A DNA stretch of 10,178 nucleotides from a virus (Duplodnaviria; Heunggongvirae; Uroviricota; Caudoviricetes): the IMG/VR virus record IMGVR_UViG_3300035208_005701. One strand, 5' to 3'. The notes under the pieces were generated by a model. That model was not told the origin of the DNA. It was given only the letters and a program-made list of their open reading frames with translations, and made no database searches. Both the position numbers and the translations under genes were made by a program. Each line of letters opens with the position of its first letter. The stretch's first letter is position 1. Positions 1-7,822 of the stretch are shown here, one piece after another.

Positions 1-2085
1 GAATGTGGAGATCCTAATGTTCCATATTATTTTGGAGCAGCAGAATTTGGACAAAGAATGGTATTACCGGAAAATCAACAAGGCAATTCTTGGTGGAAGA
101 AATGGACTTTAATAAAAACAAGAATGGGAAGATGTATAGTTGTATCAGATGATCCTGATGATGAAAGAATAGAAATTACTGGTAAGAAGAGAATGATATC
201 TGGTAAACCTGATGGTGATATAGATTCTACTTACACAATTGATGGAAATATGACCACTATATTATTGGATGAAAGAGCTGGTAAAGAAAAATTATTGATC
301 AGAGATTATAATGGAAATTTTATAAATTTTAAAACTGATGATGGTGTACAAAATCAATTACATATATTTTTTAATGATGAAATTCATATAGAAACATTAA
401 CTAATCTTTATATTAAAACAGGACAAAGTTTACATGTTGAAACTGGAGTAGATTTTTTAGTACATACAACGAATAATATTGAATTGAAAGCTGACGCAGA
501 TATGAGGGAAACAGCGTTAAATATTTATAGAGTATCTACTTTAGAAGATTGTAGAGATGCTGGTGTTACTATTTGTGATTCTAGTGGTGCAACTATTGAA
601 CAAAAAGCTGGAATTGATTTAGCACAGGAAGCTGGTTCTGGAATATATAGGACTTCTGGTGCAACTATTGATGATTTAGCATCCTCAGATTTTAAAGTAA
701 TGGCCAATGGTAGTTTGAATTTATTAGGATTATCAACTCTTGTTATGGAAGGTTCCGCTGGTGCTAGTATTTTGTCAGATGGTCTTATAAGTATAGATGG
801 TTCATTTATAAATGTACAATGTGAAACTGCTACTAAAGCTGAAGAAGCAGTACCAATCACTATTGAGGGAGTTACAAATCCAGCAGCAACTGCATCTCCT
901 GCAGTTCCAATAGGGGAAAGAGATTATGATCCTATTATTGTTCCTCCTGAACAAGAACCAATAGTTCCAGAATTAAGTCCAATTCCAATTTCAACAGCTA
1001 TTTTTAATCCATCAGAAGGTGATCCATATGACTCTGAATCAGAACCACCACAAACCTATACAGTGGATGAAAGCTTATCTCAATTTAAAGAAATATCAGC
1101 TGTATCAGTAGAGGAAGCAATGACTACTCCAACTATCAATTATGAATTTCAATCCCCATATGCATCTCAAACAACAAGAAGTTTAAATAAAGATATTCAA
1201 AATGAGTCTATTACTCAGCAAATTGGTGTTGGACATATGTTTGCTATTAGTTTAAAAGATGAGTATAGAGATTATATAATTCCATTAGCTAAAAAATCTG
1301 GTGCTACTCATACTGGATTATATTTATTAAGAGATTTAGATCCAGGAGCAGACAATGAATATATAGATGATATATCTGTATGGAATAATTATCGAGATCC
1401 ATCAAGTTGGACAGATTGGAATGAAACATGGTGGATTAGATTTCAAGCATTTTTAGAACAAGCAAGAGATAATAGTATTACAGTTATATTGACACTTTTT
1501 GATTTTTGTGGTAGTCCATATGATCCATTTATTACAAAGATTGAAAATGCTTATACTGTAAATGCTTGGGGAATAGCTCAACAAGAATATTTAGAAAAAG
1601 TTGTTAATTATTTAAAAGATTCAGAAGTGAATTATATTTTAAATTTGGGGTGTAAATCATATAACATGAATGTTAGAGATTCTAAAGATTTATTACCTTC
1701 AGCAGGATATATTAGAAGAATGATTATGTTTTTAATAGATGAATTGGGAGTATCATCAAATAAATTAGCTCTTACATCTAATACTAATAGAAATTTATAT
1801 GAAATAAATCCATTAGTAAGATATCAAGCATTTTCAGGTGATAAAGTTCCAGGGTTAAATCAAATTAATATAGAAGAATATGTGAATGGTCAATGGAGTG
1901 GTGAAGCATCAACAGCAAGTTATAAAACATTTTTGATTCAATCTACTCAAGGAATAGTTTGTATGAATACTTGGAGAATGAGTCAATTTGACAATGGTGA
2001 TCATGATTTGAATAAAATATTTCATCCATATGGAAGATCAGCAATGAGAGAGATTTTAGGAATATCAGGAGATGGGAGTATATAA
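1..2085 (+). CDS. Gp5/VgrG-like baseplate spike protein with beta-helix, Pro/Glu-rich linker and C-terminal glycoside-hydrolase-like domain; 5'-truncated by the window
   Basis: Frame 1 is open from base 1 (ECGDPNVPYYFGAAEFGQR precedes the listed Met at 58). GDPNVPYYFG matches the GDPxxPxxxG end of the Gp5/VgrG OB-fold. Octapeptide periodicity (ICDSSGAT/IEQKAGID/LAQEAGSG/IYRTSGAT/IDDLASSD) is typical of Gp5 beta-helices. The C-terminal ~290 aa resemble a TIM-barrel GH5-like fold. Confidence 0.7.
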   Translation, partial: ECGDPNVPYYFGAAEFGQRMVLPENQQGNSWWKKWTLIKTRMGRCIVVSDDPDDERIEITGKKRMISGKPDGDIDSTYTIDGNMTTILLDERAGKEKLLIRDYNGNFINFKTDDGVQNQLHIFFNDEIHIETLTNLYIKTGQSLHVETGVDFLVHTTNNIELKADADMRETALNIYRVSTLEDCRDAGVTICDSSGATIEQKAGIDLAQEAGSGIYRTSGATIDDLASSDFKVMANGSLNLLGLSTLVMEGSAGASILSDGLISIDGSFINVQCETATKAEEAVPITIEGVTNPAATASPAVPIGERDYDPIIVPPEQEPIVPELSPIPISTAIFNPSEGDPYDSESEPPQTYTVDESLSQFKEISAVSVEEAMTTPTINYEFQSPYASQTTRSLNKDIQNESITQQIGVGHMFAISLKDEYRDYIIPLAKKSGATHTGLYLLRDLDPGADNEYIDDISVWNNYRDPSSWTDWNETWWIRFQAFLEQARDNSITVILTLFDFCGSPYDPFITKIENAYTVNAWGIAQQEYLEKVVNYLKDSEVNYILNLGCKSYNMNVRDSKDLLPSAGYIRRMIMFLIDELGVSSNKLALTSNTNRNLYEINPLVRYQAFSGDKVPGLNQINIEEYVNGQWSGEASTASYKTFLIQSTQGIVCMNTWRMSQFDNGDHDLNKIFHPYGRSAMREILGISGDGSI
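585..671 (+). repeat. 15-bp direct repeat TGGTGCAACTATTGA (585-599 and 657-671) within the beta-helix coding region
   Basis: Exact repeat with a 72-nt period (three octapeptides); both copies encode GATI. Confidence 0.8.
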
Positions 2086-2665
2086 TATGATATGTGATAA
2101 TCTAAGTTCATCTACTAGTACTCCTCCAACTGAATTTATATTAACTGCAATTAGAGAAAAATTAATTCATTATATAAATCCAGGTAAGTTATCTCCAGAT
2201 ATAGATATAGGAAGAAAAATTAAAGAAGATATGATAAATTCTATTACTCATGAAAAATTAGAAGATATTATGTCAAATTATTTTGATATGGAAGCATCTA
2301 TTTCTGAACTTTATGGAAATCGTTTTATTGATTATTTAATTGGTAATATAGATATGACAATTGTACCAACTAAAAAAATTCCATCAGTTATTTTATATAC
2401 TGATTCTTATACAATAACGAGTTCTAGTTTAAATATAACTCCTGTTACGATAGAGGAAAATGAGAATCTATTAGAGGATGCAACAATATTATGGACTACT
2501 ATGTTTTATCCTGTTGGTGGTACTGTTGCATTTGATTATAATAATGTACTATCTCCAATTCTTACTTTCTCTATTAAGGGAAGTTATGTATTAAATGTAA
2601 CAATTAAATGGATAGATTTTAAAGTTGCAATATCTCAAAATATAATAATAGATACTACATTTTAA
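2072..2665 (+). CDS. Hypothetical, probably virion, protein with a C-terminal Ig/PKD-like domain
   Basis: 197-aa ORF overlapping the spike gene stop by 14 nt. The C-terminal segment ILWTTMFYPVGGTVAFDYNNVLSPILTFSIKGSYVLNVTI resembles the W..GTV.F.....T..F...G.YVL.LT pattern of PKD-like beta-sandwiches. Confidence 0.45.
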   Translation: MGVYNMICDNLSSSTSTPPTEFILTAIREKLIHYINPGKLSPDIDIGRKIKEDMINSITHEKLEDIMSNYFDMEASISELYGNRFIDYLIGNIDMTIVPTKKIPSVILYTDSYTITSSSLNITPVTIEENENLLEDATILWTTMFYPVGGTVAFDYNNVLSPILTFSIKGSYVLNVTIKWIDFKVAISQNIIIDTTF

Positions 2666-2677
2666 TTATCCACTAAA

Positions 2678-2691
2678 GAACAAATATAAAA
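2678..2691 (+). promoter_or_regulatory. Putative phage promoter motif GAACAAATATAAAA upstream of the amidase gene
   Basis: The identical 14-mer occurs at 4731-4744. Both copies are intergenic and just upstream of a GGAG RBS and ATG. Confidence 0.5.
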
Positions 2692-2702
2692 ACGGAGCAA
2701 TA

Positions 2703-3218
2703 ATGTTAATTCCTTATAAACCGGCCACTATGCACCATTTTCGGAGCAGACCAAAATATATTGTATTACATGATGTATCTTGTATGTATCCGGTTATAGA
2801 TAAAATTACTATCGATGATAAGACCTCTCAGATATATTTAAGTAGATTATATAATTGGATAATATCAGGACAAAGTGATTTAAATTATCATTTTATAGTT
2901 GAAAAAATTGGAAAAGATTATGAAACATTATTGGGTAGACCATTAAATAGATTATGTGAATATCCTGATATCAAAGATGATATAAATTCTAGAGCTATTC
3001 ATATAGGAATGATAGGCAAATATGATAAACAAATACCGACTCCTAGATTTTATCAACAAATAGCATATAGGATCATTGCTCCTTACATGTACATGTTAGG
3101 AATTCCTGTAGGACAGATTTATTTTCATTCTGAAGTAAGTAATAAAAATAAAACCTGTCCTGGAACATTTTTTAAAAAAGAAGATCTTTTAACTAGATTA
3201 AAAACTCTTCTAGTTTAA
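2703..3218 (+). CDS. N-acetylmuramoyl-L-alanine amidase (Amidase_2, T7 lysozyme/PGRP-like)
   Basis: Motifs PKYIVLHD, NYHFIV, GRPL, NSRAIHIGMIG, IYFHSEV and KTCPG, with the His/His/Cys zinc ligands present. GGAG RBS at 2694-2697. Confidence 0.85.
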   Translation: MLIPYKPATMHHFRSRPKYIVLHDVSCMYPVIDKITIDDKTSQIYLSRLYNWIISGQSDLNYHFIVEKIGKDYETLLGRPLNRLCEYPDIKDDINSRAIHIGMIGKYDKQIPTPRFYQQIAYRIIAPYMYMLGIPVGQIYFHSEVSNKNKTCPGTFFKKEDLLTRLKTLLV

Positions 3219-4628
3219 TTAAATAGATCTATCTATCTGATCTTCTAATTCTTTAAAAAGATCACTTAATTTGTTACTAAATAATTCATTGTAAAATATT
3301 ATCATATCACTTTCTAATTTAGCTAAAGGAAAATTAGTTACTTTCTTTTCATTACTAAAACTAACATATGTGTTTCTAGATAATTTTCCTATTATAGATG
3401 AGTATCTATCATAAGCTAAAATTTTATTTTTAAATCCAAGGAATGTTTCAAAAGTATCAAGGAATTCAGTTAAATTTTTAATTTTATAAGTTGTTTTTAA
3501 TATAGGTTTTTCAATGTTATAATATAATAACATCTTTTTGATTATTGGAAATCTATCTTTGAAGCTTTCAGGCAAAATAGAATACAATAAAATATTTAGT
3601 AAATAACTATTCGATACAGGTATAGTTAAAAAATGTCTATAAGGAATATCTAAAACTTTACTTAAAATTGGATAAGTAATGTAATTAGCGAATAGAGACA
3701 TTTCTTTTAAACCAGAAACTGTATTTTTAAATTTATCAATATCTATATCAAGATCTTCTAATCTGTTATAAGCAGATAATAATAATTTACTAATTGTATC
3801 ATTATGCGCATAACTACTTAAATTATCTTTACCTTGAACAGAATATACATCTTGAGTATTAATTGTTTCAGAATATATTATTGTATCTTTGTAGATATTT
3901 TTTAATATCCATTTAATTGATTCATCAATTACACTTATCAAGTACGGAATTGGATTTAAAGTTGTTTCGCATGTTACTAAAATATTATTCATAATAAAAT
4001 TAAAGATAGTCATAATGTGCATATCAGTAGTTTTACAATAAACTGATTTTATATAATCCCACATATATTTATCTGTATGGTTATATTCGTAAGTTTTGCT
4101 ACTAACAATCTTAAATAATTTATAGATGATATCATTATTAGCTATTTTTGATACTAGTTTATTATATATTTCTTTATGAAATTTAGATGGTAATTGTAAA
4201 AAAGTATCTTGAGAAAAAATACAATAAAGTTTTAAATAATTTGATACTTGAACTATTTTTTTAATTTCTACATCATCAAAAAATATTGAGTTTTTTGATA
4301 TTTTTGATCTATTAATATAATCAGAAAAATTTATGTTGCATATTTCTAAGTATTTATCAGTTAACTCCATTAACTTATCTATATTGTTTTTAATGATTGA
4401 ATATTCTCTGTTGCTTTTTATATAATCTCTTATTAATCCAATATACCAGTTATCAAACTCATCTCCTAATTTTTTACTGCAATCTTCTATAAAATCTGAA
4501 AGTTTGTTGAATTTATTTGTTACTGGAGAAAATGCTAAATTTAAATCTATAATTTTTTCTAATTCGCCTTTTTTGTTTTTATTTGACATGCTTACTTTTC
4601 TTTTGCCTTCAGTTTTAAATACTATCAT
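3219..4628 (-). CDS. Probable promoter-specificity (sigma-like) subunit of a phage non-virion RNA polymerase, AR9 gp226/phiKZ gp68-like
   Basis: 469 aa with an AAGGAG RBS. KLFKIVSSKTYEYNHTDKYMWDYIK and NPIPYLISVIDESIKWIL resemble segments of AR9 gp226 as I recall them, and the size and the neighbouring RNAP gene fit. Not verified by alignment. Confidence 0.55.
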   Translation of the reverse strand: MIVFKTEGKRKVSMSNKNKKGELEKIIDLNLAFSPVTNKFNKLSDFIEDCSKKLGDEFDNWYIGLIRDYIKSNREYSIIKNNIDKLMELTDKYLEICNINFSDYINRSKISKNSIFFDDVEIKKIVQVSNYLKLYCIFSQDTFLQLPSKFHKEIYNKLVSKIANNDIIYKLFKIVSSKTYEYNHTDKYMWDYIKSVYCKTTDMHIMTIFNFIMNNILVTCETTLNPIPYLISVIDESIKWILKNIYKDTIIYSETINTQDVYSVQGKDNLSSYAHNDTISKLLLSAYNRLEDLDIDIDKFKNTVSGLKEMSLFANYITYPILSKVLDIPYRHFLTIPVSNSYLLNILLYSILPESFKDRFPIIKKMLLYYNIEKPILKTTYKIKNLTEFLDTFETFLGFKNKILAYDRYSSIIGKLSRNTYVSFSNEKKVTNFPLAKLESDMIIFYNELFSNKLSDLFKELEDQIDRSI

Positions 4629-4730
4629 ATTTGCTCCTTTTGTTTTTAATAATCTATTTACGTAAGTTATATATGTAATGAATTTAACTATTCAAAGTAG
4701 ATACTTTTTAGGTAGTACTTTAGTTGAATT

Positions 4731-4744
4731 GAACAAATATAAAA
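4731..4744 (+). promoter_or_regulatory. Putative phage promoter motif GAACAAATATAAAA upstream of the 4759 ORF and the beta-prime gene
   Basis: Identical to 2678-2691 and followed by AAGGAG (4749-4754) and the ATG at 4759. Confidence 0.5.
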
Positions 4745-4758
4745 TATAAAGGAGTTGT

Positions 4759-5508
4759 ATGGGTATAGATCGAGTAATAGATAAATGGACTAGAGATTTA
4801 TTAAAAATAACAATTATAGAATCTAATCATTCTAATGATAAAGATTTTTTTAAATTTGTAGATGAAGATTTATCATATGAACAGATATTGAATATTTTGA
4901 TTACCGGAAATGTTGTATCAGAATATAGTTCATCTGCTCAGACTTTAATGATACATAAAAAAATTCATCAGAATTTGTCTCAGTTTATGAATTTGCCTTT
5001 ATCTTCTTTTTTTACTTTTGAAGTTTTGCCTTTTATAATAAAAAATATCCCATTAGTTACTACTATTTTGGGTGGATCAGAAGCAACTAAAAATATACTA
5101 GTTAATAAAAAATTATCGTCTAGAATGGTTGGAGTGTTATTTTCATTAGTTAAAAATATAATAACAGAAAAAATACGTCAAGGTTCCATTGGTTGTGCAA
5201 AAAATTGTATTTCTAAATTAACAAGTGAAAAATCTTTGATAAAGTGGAGTATTCCTGTATGTGCATCTGAATGTAGAGTTGAAGTATTGAAAAATGTATT
5301 ACATCAATTGAAACATGATTCTTTGAGATGTGGTAACACAGATAGACCAAAGCAATGTAAGCATGCTTTAGTTACTCAATATATAAGAGTTAAAAAGTAT
5401 CTAGATAAAGAGATTATTCATTTTAATAAAGTAAAAGATCAATTTGATAATAAGGTAGAGGATGTTAGAAAGAAGTCTTCTCCTTTATATGTAGAAAAAC
5501 CTCATTAA
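4759..5508 (+). CDS. Hypothetical protein with a Cys-rich C-terminal half
   Basis: 249-aa ORF with a strong RBS. Cys pattern CAKNC...CASEC...C...C. No family recognised. Confidence 0.6.
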   Translation: MGIDRVIDKWTRDLLKITIIESNHSNDKDFFKFVDEDLSYEQILNILITGNVVSEYSSSAQTLMIHKKIHQNLSQFMNLPLSSFFTFEVLPFIIKNIPLVTTILGGSEATKNILVNKKLSSRMVGVLFSLVKNIITEKIRQGSIGCAKNCISKLTSEKSLIKWSIPVCASECRVEVLKNVLHQLKHDSLRCGNTDRPKQCKHALVTQYIRVKKYLDKEIIHFNKVKDQFDNKVEDVRKKSSPLYVEKPH

Positions 5509-5529
5509 GAATTTTAAGGAAATTGTACA

Positions 5530-6750
5530 ATGATAATATTGTTAGATATGGATAGTTTTGTAAAAGATTTAAAACCGGTTTCGTCTTCTGAATATATAGC
5601 TGGTAAAGGAATTCAGTTCCATCCAGATGGTTTGTTTTCAGAAAGTATTTTTGGATTGTTTGATTCGAAAGATAGAAAAGATTTGTATTCCTATATAGAA
5701 TTAAATTGTAAAGTCCTTCATCCAGCAATGTGGAACGTGTTAAGAAGATTAAATAGAAAAATATTGTCAGCTATTAATAAAGAAGCTTCATTTTCAATAA
5801 ATTCTGCTGGTGAATTAGAGCAGAATCCTGATGGAGAAATTAAAGGTTTGTCTTCAGTTATTGAGAATTTTGATAAGATAGTTTTTAAATCAGATGGAAA
5901 TACCTTTAGAGAAGATTTGATAAAAATGGTGAAGTATTATCAGAATAAAAATATGTTGTTTTTATCCAAAGTCCTTGTTATTCCTGCTTATTATAGAGAG
6001 GCAGAATTTGATCAGATTAATCAGCAAATGAGAGTTGATCCTTTAAATGAATATTATGTTAAAATAATTAGACAGTCTTTGCAACTCCAAAGTATTAGAA
6101 CCGGAGAAGTTTTTGATGTACTAGCTACTAAAATGAATAATTTGGTTTTAGATTTATATGAGTATTTAGTTGCTAAAATAGGAAAGAAAAGTGGTATCAT
6201 TAGAAGTAAAGTTCTTGGAAAACGAATTGATTTTTCTGCTAGAGCTGTGATTTCTGGTGGTTCTGATCAAATTGGAGTAGACCAAATTGGTGTCCCTTTT
6301 AGAATTTTAGTGAAGATTTTTGAGCCGTTCCTATTGTTTGATCTGTTGAAGAGTGGTGCAGTTTCTCAAGGAGAATTGGGTAGAGTTTTAAAGGAGTTTA
6401 ATAGTTCCACTTTATCAGTGTTGAATCTTAGAAATTTATTTACTGGTATTTATCATGGAGATGAAATTCCTGTTGAATTAGAATCCATGTTGAAAGATTC
6501 AGTTAATAGAGTGATTGGTGATAAAGTAGTTATTGCTAAAAGAGATCCTGCTTTGCATACCGAATCTGTTCAGGCTTTTTATCCAGTCATGGTTAGTGGA
6601 AGTACTATCCGTTTGAGTATATTAAAATGTGGTGGATTTTCTGCCGATTTTGATGGAGACTCGATTAATGGTTCCATTGGAATAAGTTATGGAGAAAATA
6701 AAACCAAATGGATAGGACAAATTTCCGAATTAGAAAATGCGGAGGTTTGA
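5530..6750 (+). CDS. rpoC: Phage multisubunit RNA polymerase beta-prime-like subunit, N-terminal part up to the catalytic DFDGD motif, fused to a putative 29-aa N-intein
   Basis: Conserved beta-prime motifs appear in order: DGLFSESIFG, YIEL..KVLHP, VIPAYYR, GKKSGIIRSKVLGKRIDFSARAVIS, IGVP, KRDPALH, SADFDGD (6640-6660). AAGGA RBS upstream. Confidence 0.9.
   Translation: MIILLDMDSFVKDLKPVSSSEYIAGKGIQFHPDGLFSESIFGLFDSKDRKDLYSYIELNCKVLHPAMWNVLRRLNRKILSAINKEASFSINSAGELEQNPDGEIKGLSSVIENFDKIVFKSDGNTFREDLIKMVKYYQNKNMLFLSKVLVIPAYYREAEFDQINQQMRVDPLNEYYVKIIRQSLQLQSIRTGEVFDVLATKMNNLVLDLYEYLVAKIGKKSGIIRSKVLGKRIDFSARAVISGGSDQIGVDQIGVPFRILVKIFEPFLLFDLLKSGAVSQGELGRVLKEFNSSTLSVLNLRNLFTGIYHGDEIPVELESMLKDSVNRVIGDKVVIAKRDPALHTESVQAFYPVMVSGSTIRLSILKCGGFSADFDGDSINGSIGISYGENKTKWIGQISELENAEV
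6661..6750 (+). other. Putative N-terminal half (IntN, 29 aa) of an atypically split intein
   Basis: Directly after DFDGD the protein reads SINGSIGISYGENKTKWIGQISELENAEV-stop. It starts with Ser and has the intein block-A pattern [CS]-I-x-G-x-x-x-I...I-x-E-L instead of the QMAVH/EMNLH-type sequence expected in beta-prime. Confidence 0.65.
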
Positions 6751-6752
6751 TA

Positions 6753-6768
6753 GCTGATTTTGATGGTG
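6753..6768 (+). repeat. Second, out-of-frame copy of the ADFDG-coding sequence
   Basis: GCTGATTTTGATGGTG (6753-6768) versus GCCGATTTTGATGGAG (6643-6658): 14/16 identical, and both differences fall at synonymous third positions. Confidence 0.7.
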
Positions 6769-6788
6769 TACTCCTTTAAAATAAAAGA

Positions 6789-6798
6789 GAATAAATAT
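6789..6798 (+). promoter_or_regulatory. Putative promoter motif GAATAAATAT upstream of the homing endonuclease gene
   Basis: Matches the GAAYAAATAT consensus and is intergenic, 37 nt before the ATG at 6836. Confidence 0.4.
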
Positions 6799-6835
6799 TA
6801 AAAGATGTATTTGTGGTAAAGAAAATGAAAATTTA

Positions 6836-7789
6836 ATGAAAATTAGAATGCATTCTAGTAAATGTCGTGCTCATGGTCAATATAGAGATGAAATAATAAC
6901 AAAAGAATTTTTGTTGGATAATTATATTAATCAAAATTTATCAATAGATGAAATTATTAATAAATTAAATAATAAATTTAGTTCTTCTGAAATAGAAATG
7001 TATATGAAAAAATTTGAAATAGGTACTAGAATATGCAAATGCGGAGAAATTTGTATAGAAGGAGTTTCATATGGAAGTCATATAGGACATTGTAAAGTTT
7101 ATAAAGATTATAAAAATAACATATTAAGTGAAGAATTTTTATTAGAAAATTATATTAATAAACGATATCCATGTGGATATATTTCAGAACTTTTGAAAAA
7201 TGAGTTTACTGCACATGAAATTAAGATGAATCTTAAAAAATTTAATATTAAAATAAGAACTAATTCAGAAAATATTAGTACAGATTTTGTACAAAATAAA
7301 TTGAAAACTACAATGTTAGAAAAATATGGGGTAGAAAATTGTAGTCAATCAGAAGAAGTAAAACAGAAAAAAGTAGATACTATGATGGATAATTTTGGAG
7401 TTTCTCATCATTTGAAATTAGAATCTCAAATGGATAAACAACGACAAACCAATTTGGATAGATATGGAAAAGATAATGTTTCTCAAGTAAAAGAAATTCA
7501 TTTATTAAAAGAATCTACTTTTCAGGAAAATTATGGAGTTAGAAATATTTTTTGTGATGCTCAAATGATGAAGCAATATTGGATGGATAAATTTGGAGTA
7601 GATAATCCTTCAAAAGTTTTAGAGGTTGAATTAAAAAAACAAGATACTATTTTTAAAAATTTTGGATTGTTAACTACTCGTTATCCAGCTTCAAAAAATT
7701 CACAAATTTTATTTGATAAGATATATAAAAATCTTACAGAATCTATTAAACCATTTTGTTATTATTATAATCTAAATAAAGAACCATGA
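6836..7789 (+). pseudogene. 5' part of a Vsr-like homing endonuclease gene (repeat-rich putative DNA-binding region), truncated by IS607 insertion after codon 316
   Basis: Two FLLxNYIN helical repeats, a CKC...H..HC cluster, and ~23-aa (Y/F)GVxN repeats typical of N-terminal regions of phage Vsr-like endonucleases. It ends at CYYYNLNKE plus IS-derived P-stop and rejoins 9764 in frame. Confidence 0.75.
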
Positions 7790-7822
7790 TAAAACATATG
7801 AAATCATTTAATTTCAATTATT

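Noticed and set aside
58-60. ATG at 58 as the true start of the spike gene
   Set aside because: The frame is open from base 1 and the upstream residues carry the conserved GDPxxPxxxG motif, so the gene begins before the window.
525-860. 111-aa minus-strand ORF
   Set aside because: Antisense shadow of the repetitive beta-helix region, with no RBS or recognisable motif.
4626-4637. GAGCAAATAT near-match to the promoter motif on the minus strand
   Set aside because: It overlaps the RBS and the ATG itself, so it cannot be the promoter for that start and is probably coincidental.
5465-5728. 87-aa minus-strand ORF
   Set aside because: Lies antisense to the well-supported beta-prime gene and the 4759 ORF; no motif.
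6643-6780. Ribosomal bypass or frameshift onto the second ADFDG copy to continue beta-prime
   Set aside because: The second copy reads ADFDGVLL-stop, lacking the third Asp and any continuation.
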